Below are positions 1-11,427 of a DNA stretch of 27,326 nt, piece after piece. The stretch is taken from positions 1 through 27,326 of the forward strand of contig NW_021833316.1 in the NCBI RefSeq assembly GCF_006345805.1, given 5' to 3'. The position numbers were made by a program, and so were the translations under genes. The DNA is from Octopus sinensis (lineage: Eukaryota). Every line of letters starts with the position of its first letter. Within the stretch, counting starts at the first letter, position 1. Under the pieces are notes generated by a model. It ran no database searches and was not told the DNA's origin. It saw only the letters and a list, made by a program, of their open reading frames with translations.

Positions 1-175
1 ATATGAGTACCTATTCTTATATATAATCTGAATACAGAAGTGTGTAAATGGATATATTAATTGTTTACAAGCCCCAGGTACAGAGGCCTGGGTGATTACA
101 ATACAACATATATAGTTATCTACTGCTCCAACTGTTTAGTCATGAGATAAGCAATATATATACGTATATATATAT

Positions 176-300
176 CTTTTTCTACTCTAGGCACAAGGCC
201 CGAAATTTTGAGAGAGGCGGGGGCCAGTCGCTTAGGCCGACCCCAGTATGCAACTGGTATTTAATTTATCGGCCCTGAAGGAATGAAAGGCAAAGTCGAC
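176..300 (-). mobile_element. tRNA-derived SINE family A, 3' half
   Basis: Reverse complement matches the 3' half of the copy at 5592-5794 (gtcgactttgcctttcat...gataaattaa..accagttgc.tactggg...aaaatttcgggccttgtgcctagagtaga). Confidence 0.85.
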
Positions 301-588
301 AGACAGCCACGCTCACAAATACATAGATAGTTAGATTGATAGATAGATAAATACATAGATGGACAGACAGCTAGACAGACAGACAAACACACAGATACAG
401 AGATAGATAGTATATTTCAACATTCCAATCGTATTATCATCAATGAATGAAGGCTGCATTTCTGTGTTTTCAAATCTTCTTATCTTTCTTCTTTTGCAGT
501 ATTTTTAAGTAATTATTTTATGAATTCTACTTTCATACCGCCCAATTTTTTTTTTACACGTAAATATGTCGACAAATGTAATTTATTT

Positions 589-611
589 TACACACACACA
601 CACACACACCA

Positions 612-686
<75 letters not shown>

Positions 687-734
687 GTAAACCAATATAT
701 AATATTATATATATACATATTACATATTATATTT

Positions 735-789
<55 letters not shown>

Positions 790-852
790 GTATGCAAGCA
801 TATATGCATATATACATATGTATATATATATAGATGTATATTTATACATATA
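589..852. repeat. compound (CA)n/(TA)n microsatellite
   Basis: Directly visible; explains ORF 671..916. Confidence 0.95.
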
Positions 853-1387
853 TAAGAAGAAAAGAAAAGCGAATGGAGATAAGAAAGTTAACAATTGTTT
901 ATTATTACCAAATTAGTCATCTTTGCTTCTTACAGCTGTTTCAGTTAATACTCAATAATTAAATTGCAAAATTGTACATTAAATTTACATTCCTGTGACA
1001 TATTTTCAATTTCAAAAGAAGTAAAAAGGTGTACCTTTGTATGTAATATATACGCTTACCAATTCATTTCAATAAAACCAGTCTGTTGATAAACCCACAT
1101 GTAACATCCAAAAGTACATTTATCTCCCCCTGATTAAATTATACACGTCACATAAATGTAAGCGATGACAAATTTGTAAATAATAAACAATTATTACCTC
1201 CCTTTTCTGCATTTTCTTTTCTGTTTTTAAATTGACATAAACTACACTTTTTATATATACCTATTGTTTTAAGGGAATTACACACACATACCACAAAAAA
1301 TACTAGGTATTGAACTCGATATTTCCTTGGCTCCAAACATCCCTTCACGAAATTAACATATCCTCTAATTAAGTTTAATAGTTATAA

Positions 1388-1411
1388 ACACACATACGCG
1401 CATACACACGC

Positions 1412-1465
<54 letters not shown>

Positions 1466-1551
1466 TTGTGTATGTATGTATATATGTATATCCTTACACA
1501 CACATACACATATATATACATATATATATATACATATGTATATATATATAT

Positions 1552-1589
<38 letters not shown>

Positions 1590-1790
1590 CATATGATATA
1601 TATATATATTATGCATGTATGTATTGATATACGTATATCCTTATATAGATAGTTAGATTCATTGATAGAGAAATGCGTGTATATGTGTGTGCATGTGTGC
1701 TTGTATGTGGCGTGTGTGCTGTGCGTACATGTGTATGGGTGTGGGTGGGTGTTTTTGTACGTGTGTGTGTGCTTGTGCGTGTTGCATATA
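1388..1790. repeat. (CA)n, (TA)n and degenerate (TG)n microsatellites
   Basis: Directly visible; explains ORFs between 1412 and 1882. Confidence 0.9.
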
Positions 1791-2175
1791 ATACGTGTTA
1801 TGTGTTGGAGCACTCCAGTGAACCTTCGATTTCGAATGAGAATCTATTACAACCATTGATTTACAAAACTAGATGTGAATGAACGCTCAGAAATGAATGC
1901 TTTGCTATTCCATTTTAATTTGGTCCTCAAATTAGCGTCAAGTGTTGTACGATGTTTCCCGGGAAAACTGCGATAGAACTGACGGGAATGAATTCGGATA
2001 TTGTTTATGCTTGATGTATAAGGAAAGTGCACTACCCAAATTTTTGAGGATTTTATAATGATGATGGCGTAGAAATTTCACACAATATTAATGGCTGTAC
2101 CGTGAAATTTATACATTTTCATACCTTTAATTATACGTAGGATACCTCGAAATACATACCAACGTTAAGTTCAGC

Positions 2176-2230
2176 TACAATCCAGATCTCTTTTACAATC
2201 CAGATCTCTTTTCAATATATTCCAGATCTC
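2176..2230. repeat. 18-bp tandem repeat (tacaatccagatctcttt x2, plus partial third)
   Basis: Exact copies at 2176-2193 and 2194-2211; tccagatctc recurs at 2221-2230. Confidence 0.9.
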
Positions 2231-4039
2231 ACTTAACAAACAAAGACATACATCCACACATACGTTTATCATGTACTGACTGAAATCTATTTATCTGCCG
2301 AAGTGATTTCAATCATCGAACCTTTATAATTTCTCAGTTCAACTTTGAATGACCAAGGTCGTCGGTAAGCACCTGCAACCCCTGCGGTCACAGGAGACCT
2401 CAGCTGTTGAGGGCCCCTATATTAAGATTAAAATGCATAGATGAGCTATCTATTTTCTTTGGATGAGATGTTAACTGAAAATGTCAAGCCTGGCGAGGAA
2501 AAGTACGAGGGTGTACTGTAAATAAATTTAAAAGAAACAAGTAAATGCAAAAAGCTTGTCAACGAATTCCCTAGGGAGATAATACAAAACAATGAAAATA
2601 CGAACAGCTTCAACATATATATCTATCTATGTACATATATACAGATATAGTTTGCTCACTGTCACCGAGCATTTCAATTCTTCAGTTGCAACTAGTTTGT
2701 CTGCAAGGAACTATTTTCTCCTTGAATTTGTGATTTCAGACAAAGATGAGAAATCTTTGGCATTTTGACTTTACTGCTTGAACTGTAAAACTATTTATCC
2801 AATCGAAATATTGCAACAGCTAACAGTGAAATATAGAATGTAAAAAAGGCTTTTCCGACTGTTATCAGGACTTTGAGAACATTCACGATTATATTTCAAA
2901 AATATATAATTTGAAATAGTTTGCTTTTGTTTTGGACTGAAGATTTTTTTGTATTTTAATGTCCTTGAATAAACTTTTTCGCTTACAAACACTGAGACAA
3001 CTAAATTTCACAGTTGTTATTTTGAAATGCTTGTCTTTTGATGTTTGTGAATAAATATTCAACCCTACTAAATGTTGGCCTTCCTGAAGGTGAAATAATA
3101 CGATAGTTCCAGCCCTAAATAAATTTAACTTGCTCTACTTTTAACAGATGTTCTTTAGGATAACGTGAAATATTTAAGTTCAGAAAGAATAAAGTAAGTT
3201 ATAGCTATGAATAAAAGGTGCGTAGATTATGAATTTTGATTGAAGAGATGGTGCTTCGAAACAAAATGTTGCAGGCGGCCTCTAAAAGTCATGCGACACC
3301 ACTGTGAAAGACTTGATATAAGATGTACAGCCAACACTTTTAAAGTTTGTTGTCAGCAACATCTTCACTCATTTACGTCAATTCTTTATATTTGTCACTG
3401 ACAATGGTTAAACGCCAGGGATTTCAGAAATCAGTATTATCGTTTATCAAGTGATACTTATAAATATAAACATGCATACATATATGTAGGTCGATGGATT
3501 AGATAGATAAATAGGTAGATAGATTGATTAACACACACAAATATACACAATCAGATACATATATACATACATACACGGTGGTGAACTGTGCCACGATGGC
3601 ACAAGAACATTATGTAGCTTTCTGTAATGTATACATTCTCATAGAACACTTGCCATTGTAAAAACAAAGCTTGTAAAAGGAATTGCTTATCTTCAGGTAA
3701 ACACAAAAATGTACCTGTATCTTTTTTAAAGCAAAATCATAGCAGTAATGAATCAAAGAAAATTAACTAATCAACACACGTGACATATAACTCGTGATTC
3801 AACAGGAAAGAGGCACAGATAACGCAGATCGCGGAAGTATCGCGAGAAATCTCGATGAACATTTGACCTCAATCATGCACACGAACACACACCACACATA
3901 TGGAGTGTATTTCGTTGTTTACAATAACTCTGGTTTACCGATGAAGCGCTAGATAGAATATATCTGCATTTGGAATGCAATGCATATAAATGTATTATTG
4001 CTCCTATATATTTATATAAGAGGTCATATGAATGTGTAC

Positions 4040-4045
4040 ATATTA

Positions 4046-4086
<41 letters not shown>

Positions 4087-4225
4087 GAATTGTTTGTGTG
4101 ATACTTTTGTATAAAATAGTTTGTGAGAGAGATTTGCGTGAGCGTGTGCATGTATATATTTTACTTTATGTTTATGCATGCGTAAGAGCGTATAAATAAA
4201 CGTGGAGTGTAATGCTTTATATATA

Positions 4226-4289
<64 letters not shown>

Positions 4290-4563
4290 TCTAAAGATGA
4301 GTGTGCATGCCTCCTTCTATTCACGCGTGCGTGTCTCTGTATGTGTATGTCTGTGGATGGAGGGTTTTTTTTCTGTGTTTCAAAGAGCTATATCTCTAAC
4401 AACAATAAACATGTTATATGAGAACCTCACCTCAATACTTATTAGAATTCTAGCTTGGAGCTATTTTCGCTGTTGGTTTCTGCACATACTCAGACACATT
4501 CGCTCATCTACATGTACATGTAAATTTCTACATACATGCATGCATGCATACATATATATATAT

Positions 4564-4635
<72 letters not shown>

Positions 4636-4639
4636 ATAT

Positions 4640-4677
<38 letters not shown>

Positions 4678-4700
4678 TATAGTATTTATAACATATATAT
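4040..4700. repeat. three (TA)n tracts (about 4040-4085, 4219-4282, 4551-4676)
   Basis: Directly visible. Confidence 0.95.
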
Positions 4701-4869
4701 ATTGTGATATATGTAAGTAACTGACGTCACATGTTAATTGAATGCGCTTTGTTAATGCGCTTATTGGATGCAAGATTCGTCCAGGGAAAAAAATTCCTTT
4801 TAAAATGTCGAGTGTTAAAAAGACTGAATACCTCAAACCTCACGAAACGAAACGCGCCGTAAGTAACGG

Positions 4870-4958
4870 GATGGGTGGTTATCGACGCTTCGTTGTTATT
4901 TCAGCTCGTCAGCACCATCTTACCCATTCCTCTAAAAACGAATTCGAATCGCCGATTT
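4870..4958 (-). ncRNA. decayed hammerhead-like motif in a PLE-like repeat
   Basis: Minus strand reads gatggtg CTGACGA GCTG aaataa CAAC GAAG CGTC; one stem II mismatch and GAAG instead of GAAA. Core and 5' flank are homologous to 5503-5573. Confidence 0.45.
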
Positions 4959-5201
4959 AAGGTTTATTCATACATATGGCGTGAAATCTATCCCCTGATG
5001 TCAACAGCACCGCGCATGTGCAACAAAATTAAATTCTGAATTAGAAGCAGTTTTAATAACGGAAACGTTAGGTACTGTTCGATTTGTTTCGTCTTAAGGG
5101 ACTCGCCTGGATAAAATTACTCAACCAATAAGCGCGTAAATAAAACGCAGTCATTATGTATGTGAGATCGGTAATGTTGACATTGTTAGAGCAGCTTCTT
5201 A

Positions 5202-5403
5202 AGGCTTCAATCTGGCAGAATTTATTAGCACGCCCGGAAATATGCTTAGCGGTGTTTTCTCTGTCATTATGCTCTGAATTTAATTTCTCCCGAGGTGGAT
5301 TTTTCCTTTCATCCCTTCAGGGTTGATAATATAGGTATCCGTTGGAGTAATCAACTTAACCCCTCTCGCTCGAACTCGCTGGCCTTGTAACAAAATTTGA
5401 AAC
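5202..5403 (+). mobile_element. SINE family A, diverged near-full copy
   Basis: tggcagaa A-box-like head, aatatgcttagcggt, cctttcatcccttcagggttgataa, ggccttgt...aaaatttgaaacc tail; aligns by eye to 26352-26569. Confidence 0.75.
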
Positions 5404-5502
5404 CAAATGTTCTATTTAGTCTTGGTGTAGTATTGGTTTAGAGTATGGTGCTGCTGAACGTCAGTGGATACGTTTTATGCTCTCAGTATATATATCCTAG
5501 AC

Positions 5503-5573
5503 CAGCCATTCGATTTCGTTTCGAGTTGATTCGGGTATAGCGTGCTGACGAGTGGAAATAACTACGAAATATC
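5503..5573 (+). ncRNA. hammerhead-like motif in a PLE-like repeat
   Basis: CTGACGA (5545-5551), GTGG aaataa CTAC stem II with one G-U pair, GAAA (5566-5569), TATC with palindromic ATAT; core-proximal stem I not formed. Confidence 0.5.
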
Positions 5574-5591
5574 AATAATCATCGTTCTCAA

Positions 5592-5794
5592 GGCGGCGGG
5601 CAGGCAGAAACGCCGGGCTAAATGCTTAGCGGCATTTCGACTGCCTTTATGTTCTGAGTTCAAAGTAGGTCGAGGTCGACTTTGCCTTTCATCCTTTCAG
5701 GGTCGATAAATTAAGCACCAGTTGCGTACTGGGCCAATCTAATCGACAGGCCCCTCCTCAAAAATTTCGGGCTTTGTGCCCAGAGTAGAAAAGT
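5592..5794 (+). mobile_element. SINE family A, near-full copy with ~8-nt deletion in the head
   Basis: ggcggcg..caggcagaa head, B-box-like gagttcaaa, gtcgactttgcctttcatcctttcagggtcgataaattaag core; degenerate TSD atatcaata...cgttctc at 5569-5589 and 5795-5813. Confidence 0.9.
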
Positions 5795-5940
5795 ATATCA
5801 ATATACCGTTCTCTTTCACTTTACGTGTCGATTCTTAACCTCCGATTTGAGGTTTTTGTGCTATTTAACACGAAATACGTCTAAAAGGACATTTTCCTTG
5901 CCGAATCCCAAACAAATACGCTTGTAAAAGTGAATTCATT

Positions 5941-6001
5941 ATGTGTCCCCTGAACCACGAAGCTGGGAAGTAAAGTTCTAACCACTCAGCAACGCCTGCG
6001 C
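5941..6001 (-). mobile_element. SINE family B, 5' head fragment
   Basis: gaacca...tgggaagtaaagttctaaccactcagc resembles 13570-13610. Confidence 0.45.
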
Positions 6002-7249
6002 TTATATGTAGTCTGTGTTATGTATTCTTTTGCAGGTATGATATTCCAAATCATGCAACATATTTCTGTTATTCCATATATCACCAAACGCAGCTCTAAA
6101 ATAAATTATTATTCTGTCCAAACTTCGATTAATTTCATGGCAACAGAAGACATGCAGGAAGCTGACGCCATGAAATTATTTTGCAAATGTTTCAGTGAAT
6201 TGAAGAAAGACGCAGCCCTGACAAATGCAACTCTTCTGAAATTTGCTGGAAAGAATACAGGAAGAAACCATTCATTCTGTGTTATTGCTGAGGGCGGCTA
6301 CACTTCTCCCTCGATAATCCATTATCCTCAAACGTCTTCCTGGTTTTAATAATCGCAACGGAATAGGTTCTGCTAAAAAAAATTGAAGTGCAATCTGATG
6401 CACACATTAGCCGATCTATAAATACGTTTCGCAAAAAATTGGGGGTAGATTTAGTTGTTATTTCTAGTTGTTCAAGTGACCATATAAAGATGACATCGAG
6501 GCAGATAGTGATTATATAAAACGTGAGAGAGAGAGAGAGAAGATGGAGTCTAATTTTAAACACAGTCAGTATATGTTGGCAGGTGCGAAATTGCTCATTA
6601 GTACCGTCACCCACAGATATTCAGATACATATAAATGCATCCTATAACAGTTGTCAATGGTAGAGTGTATTGTATGCGAAGGAGTGGAAACTTAATAAGC
6701 ATAGGGACTACATTTATCACACAACTATACGCGCTCATACGCACACATAAACACGCATACACACACGCATATACATACATATTCGTACATATACATATAT
6801 AAACATATATAGATATATATGTGTGCGCATACATATCCTGTATAAATACAAACACACACACACATATATATAGCCATACAGCAGATTGATGTCTACATGT
6901 GAAAGACTCCAAGATAATTGTAAGCTTAATAAATATCAGGTCACTCAATTCTATTATGTTACACGTTTCATTGCTGGAAATCAAATCGGATCCATGTGTT
7001 TCTGATCATTTGAGTAAATACAACATTTAAATTAACTGAATTTAAACCACTTTACATTAGAATAATTGTATAATGACAATTATGCAATTATACATTTGAT
7101 ATTGGTTATCTTTATGAAACAGCTGTTGAGTACAAAATATGACGTATATATGAAATATAGATTTCTCTGCAGTATATCAAATATATATTCATCCAAATAA
7201 GGGGGGAGAGAGTGTGAGAGAAGGAGACAGAGAGATACAAACATATTCA

Positions 7250-7282
<33 letters not shown>

Positions 7283-7286
<4 letters not shown>

Positions 7287-7603
7287 AAATACAAAATGGG
7301 ATAAGAACGCAAAACATCCGGACAACCAGGTGATACAAAAAGGGGCAACAAAACATCCAAATAGACGATACAAAAAAAAACACGGATGGGTCGTTCGTAG
7401 CCTTTTATCTTCAGTCAAGAACCGGATCATCCTCGCAATTTCGGCAGATTAATCTTGAGATTAATCCAATCTGGCCAGCCCCAAGGAAAAACTAAGCTAA
7501 GAGCACTAGATCCCTTGGCAAAAAGCATCGAATGTATACGAAACAAGGACGAAAAAATGGACCATGTCACACGAATATAAGTACAAAAATAATATTAAAA
7601 AAC

Positions 7604-7678
<75 letters not shown>

Positions 7679-7790
7679 GGATATAACAACAGGCGTCTTT
7701 CGACTGGAGACAAATTGAACACGGAATAATAGATAAACAGTTACCAGGGTAGCAAAAAATCCTACAAGTAAAATGGGCGTAACGCCTTGT
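7283..7790 (-). mobile_element. interspersed repeat fragment(s), possibly PLE-related, interrupted by (AAT)n
   Basis: Abuts (TA)n at 7251-7282 with a T/G-rich minus-strand tail like the other hammerhead elements. Recognised from recall of octopus repeats; class uncertain. Confidence 0.35.
7604..7676. repeat. (AAT)n microsatellite
   Basis: About 24 units with one phase slip near 7637. Confidence 0.97.
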
Positions 7791-8380
7791 TTTTAAACAA
7801 CTCCGGGTTTATAGGAAATATTTTGTATAATATATATATATAAATAAATAAATAAATAGGGTAAAACGCAGGTGTTATTCAAATTCTTTTACTTCCGATA
7901 CATGTTTTGAAGATATCATTGGCATTATTTCAAAGGAATAAAATGGTGTAAAACTATGTAATCTTTTCTGCGGGTAAATGAAGAATAAAACTCGTCAACA
8001 AGACATTTTAACAGAATATGATGGATATGTATAGTGATGAAGTGAACGCTATTAAATTTTTAAGAAAAAAAAAACGTTAGATGATACAACGTGAAAGGTA
8101 GCCTACAGAAAGAGGAGGGGTAAAGGAAAGAAAAAATCAGAAACCAAATAAATAAGAAGTATAGAACGATATGTGAATTAAATAAAACCCTAAAGACTTG
8201 GGAAATGATATATCTAGTGGAAGTGAAATGTAAGAAGAAAATCAACGTTTAAATTATACATAATGGTAGATATCACTTATATGAAAGAATGCTGTGTTTC
8301 TGTCAATGTTTACATCGATAAGCACGCTCTATAGCCGTGTTTACAAGGGGATTTTGAGAAAAAACAAGTTCACAATTACA

Positions 8381-8425
<45 letters not shown>

Positions 8426-8448
8426 GTATGTGTATATATATATATATA

Positions 8449-8600
8449 AAGTTAATCGAAACATGAAAACACAAAGAGAAAACACAACAACGCGAGAGCG
8501 TGGAACAAGTATAGTGTTATCGGACGCTCAAGAAAGGAAAGAAGGAGGATTTAACGTTTCGATCGGAGCTCTTCGTCAGAAACATAGGAAAAGTAAAGAT
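8449..8600 (-). mobile_element. PLE-like terminal repeat fragment with a hammerhead motif, ending in (TA)n
   Basis: Contains the motif at 8549-8584, then a T/G-rich segment running into (TA)n at 8384-8448. Confidence 0.6.
8549..8584 (-). ncRNA. minimal type-I hammerhead ribozyme motif
   Basis: gttt CTGACGA A GAGC tcc GATC GAAA CGTT aaat: canonical core, stem II 3 of 4 pairs, palindromic AACGTT, stem I gttt/aaat. Confidence 0.65.
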
Positions 8601-8745
8601 TAAGTAAATTACAAAAATAATATAATGTATATAATAGGTACAAAAACGTTATATATATATATATATATATAGTGACATTCTGTTTGATCAAATATTTGTT
8701 ACTTTCATCAGATATTTACTTCAACAGTCTCTGTGGACCCCACTA

Positions 8746-8789
8746 AAATAGCTGATGAGATTACTTCTTTACTATCGAAATATTAAATG
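8746..8789 (+). ncRNA. hammerhead-like core, probably decayed
   Basis: CTGATGA (8752-8758), GAT..12 nt..ATC, GAAA (8777-8780), TATT with palindromic AATATT; no stem I. Confidence 0.35.
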
Positions 8790-9169
8790 ATACTGTATAA
8801 ATCACACCACTTCGAGAGTGAAATCGTGCATTACATAATTAGGGATATTACTGGCTTGGTTATTATTCTTCTAATTAATATAATTATTCGTTGTATAGGG
8901 TAGCATACGAGAAAGTAACCCGGGTTTCGTAACACGGTGCCAGTGGAGAAATAAATTGACACACGCGAAAAGAACCCAGCCTTTCGTTTGCTGTTGTCGT
9001 TGTTTTATCTCGATCGCTTGTAACAGTTATTCAGTAATTTACTCGTTTGCTCTTGTCGTCCATATTTAATTGCTGTACATATGTGAAATGATATGTCTTC
9101 AACACTAGACTTTTTAACACTCGTTCGCATGACCTTCTGTTTATTTGAGACTGCTGGACTTCATTAGAT

Positions 9170-9407
9170 TTCGAGTAATCCTGAATATCCTAAATAACTT
9201 TCGGCGTTCGAACTGTGGTGTCTCTTTGTTTTGAAGCGTTGTACACTAACCCAGTTGTGCGCCACTTCTTAACCAATGTTTGTATCGTTCTCTTTGCCTG
9301 TAAGTCTTTACTTGGAAGCTATTAAAAAATTCACGCGTTTGCTTAATAGAACCCGTTCTCAAATACGCTTCCACAATCTCTCCTCTTTCGGCTATTGAGT
9401 ACACCAA
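9170..9407 (-). pseudogene. Tc1/mariner transposase N-terminal HTH remnant (DUF4817-like)
   Basis: (L)VYSIAERGEIVEAYLRTGSIKQTREFF, frameshift near 9315, then PSKDLQAKRTIQTLVKKWRTTGLVYNASKQRDTTVRTPKVI*; matches the recalled DUF4817 pattern. Confidence 0.8.
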
Positions 9408-9586
9408 CTTACAGAAAAGGCTAGACACATCGTTCACGCAATGCAGTCCTACCTTCAGCTAATCTGGTGAGTATGTAACGAGGACGATGTCGTAGACAAT
9501 CGACTAGTGCGCCATAGTTGTTCAGCAGTTACAAGCGGACAAAATTACACAAAGTTACTAGCAAACGCAAGACTGGGTGCTTGTTC

Positions 9587-9644
9587 GTATATGTAAAATC
9601 ATTACTGTATATGTAAAATTATTACGTATATGTAAAATTATTAC
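9587..9644. repeat. 19-20-bp tandem repeat x3 (gtatatgtaaaattattac)
   Basis: Units at 9587-9606, 9607-9625 and 9626-9644, inside the transposon 5' region. Confidence 0.95.
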
Positions 9645-9828
9645 ACTATGGCACAGTATCCAGGCTTCTTTTCCGGTCGAAATAACAGTATTACACATGC
9701 AAACGAAAGGCTGGGGTCTTTTCCAGTTTATTTCTCTACCTGTACTATGCTACGAAACTCGGGTTACTCTTCCATGCCCCACGCTGTATTATAGTCACAC
9801 TGTGATTCACTGTGGCTTCTAATGTATA

Positions 9829-10283
9829 CCGTAAATCCTCGAGTATAATCCGCACTTTTTTCCCAAAATTTAAAGGTCAAAATCGCTAGTGCGTACTATA
9901 TACGAGGTTAAAAATGAAATTTTTTTTCTAAGCATTGTCCGAGTTGCTATTTGCTGTCCGGCAATATTTATTCAGACTCATTTTGTGATATCAGGCGCAA
10001 AAATACCTTAAGCTAAGCCTGAAAGCAATGAAGTCGTAAAAGAATCATCCATAACTTGCTGTAAGCAACATTTATTAAACGTTATTATTGTTATTTTTTT
10101 ATTTTATGCAAACAAAATGCACAAAAAAGCAACACGTTTGCATTATGTTATATATACAATAATAATAAAGGATGTTACCGTACACATTTTTACAAACCAA
10201 AGACGTTATATAGACCTCCTTGACTCAAGCTAGAGAAGGGGTGCGTATTATACTCAAGGGCGGTCTATACTCGAGGATTACGA
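9829..10283. mobile_element. Tc2/pogo-like MITE (~455 bp)
   Basis: Left TA-CCGTAAATCCTCGAGTATAATCCGCAC; right end reverse complement TA-TCGTAATCCTCGAGTATAGACCGCCC-TTGAGTATAATACGCAC (duplicated subterminal unit); TA flanks. Confidence 0.8.
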
Positions 10284-10289
10284 TATATA

Positions 10290-10481
10290 TCCTTTATTAC
10301 TTCAATCTTTGGACTGCAGCCATGTCGCGGCTCCAATACTTAATATTTGTAAGTTCGGTACTTAATATACCGATGTCATTTCGGCGAAAGGCTAAATTGT
10401 GAAAATGTAAACTAAAACCTGTCGTCAAGCAGTGGTGAGGAATAAACAGAGATAAGCACGCACGGACACACATACACACAC

Positions 10482-10515
<34 letters not shown>

Positions 10516-10600
10516 TATATATATGTATACATATATATAAACAAATACACGGCGGTCTTCACAGATTCCCTGTCAATTACACTTACAACGCTTTGGTCGC
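10290..10600 (-). mobile_element. SINE family B, diverged and 5'-truncated
   Basis: gactgcagccatg, ggtactt, gtcaagcagtggtg, internal (CA)n/(TA)n and gctttggtcg occur in the same order as in 13208-13615. Confidence 0.6.
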
Positions 10601-10624
10601 TCACATTAAAATCTACCTTCAGAG

Positions 10625-10627
<3 letters not shown>

Positions 10628-10683
<56 letters not shown>

Positions 10684-10725
10684 ACTGCTGTTGCCACTGC
10701 TGTTGCTACTACTATTACTACTAGT
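10628..10725. repeat. (TAC)n to (TGC)n compound trinucleotide repeat
   Basis: Directly visible. Confidence 0.95.
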
Positions 10726-10889
10726 GTGCGTTAGGCGTGATAATGAAATGAGGAATTAAACTGCTATAAAAATGTGCTTGGTGGTCGGGCGGTAAGAAAA
10801 AATGCCGGATATTTCTTGTCTGTCAACCCTGTTGGGTGACCTCTCCATCGATCATCAGATTTGACAGACTGCTACTACGCCTCCAGCTT

Positions 10890-11388
10890 TCATGTCGTCT
10901 CTTTCCATCTCCTCTCTCTTCCCCCATCTCACTCTCTTTTTCTCTCCCTCACTCTCTCTCACTCTCTGTCTCACACACACATGTACATCTGTACATATGT
11001 TATATGATATGTATATATATATATTTGTATATATATATGTATATATATATATATTATATATATATATATATACATATATTATATATATATATATATATAT
11101 ATTATGTATGTATATATATATGGATATATATATGAATATACGTTATATATGTATGTGCATATATATATATATATACACACACCCAACGTCATCATAAGTC
11201 ATACAAGCGCACACACACGCACATACACACACTCACACACACACACACGCACATATACACTCACACACACACATATATATATAGAGAGAGATGCATACAT
11301 ACATACATATATACATAAAAACAGAAATATACATCCATAGATGTGTGAATGTGTGCGTCCAAGTATGTATGAGTGTATATATTATGTC

Positions 11389-11425
<37 letters not shown>
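10890..11425. repeat. CT-rich, (TA)n and (CA)n microsatellite block
   Basis: Directly visible. Confidence 0.9.

Positions 11426-11427
<2 letters not shown>

Larger units (their letters stand above)
8896..9786 (-). mobile_element. internally deleted Tc1/mariner DNA transposon with ~90-bp TIRs
   Basis: TIRs at 8896-8991 and 9699-9786 share agtaacccg.gtttcgta, gagaaataaa.tg and gaaaaga.cccagcctttcgtttgc; TA flanks at 8894-8895 and 9787-9788; encloses a transposase HTH remnant. Confidence 0.85.

Noticed and set aside
2504-2520. TACGAGGGTGTACTG mariner-like terminus
   Set aside because: No matching second TIR or transposase found.
3240-3270. TTGAAGA-GA..TC-GAAAC..GTT hammerhead-like string
   Set aside because: Non-canonical position 3, 2-bp stem II and no stem I; compatible with chance.
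4722-4729. Perfect CRE palindrome TGACGTCA
   Set aside because: A single 8-mer can occur by chance in 27 kb; no supporting context.
7390-7420. CTGAAGA...GAAC on minus, ~107 nt from a (TA)n tail
   Set aside because: Spacing matches the other hammerhead elements, but stems I and II cannot form and GAAC replaces GAAA; at most a positional relic.
9587-9644. Direct repeats as a possible CRISPR-like array
   Set aside because: Contiguous tandem units without spacers, in a eukaryotic context.
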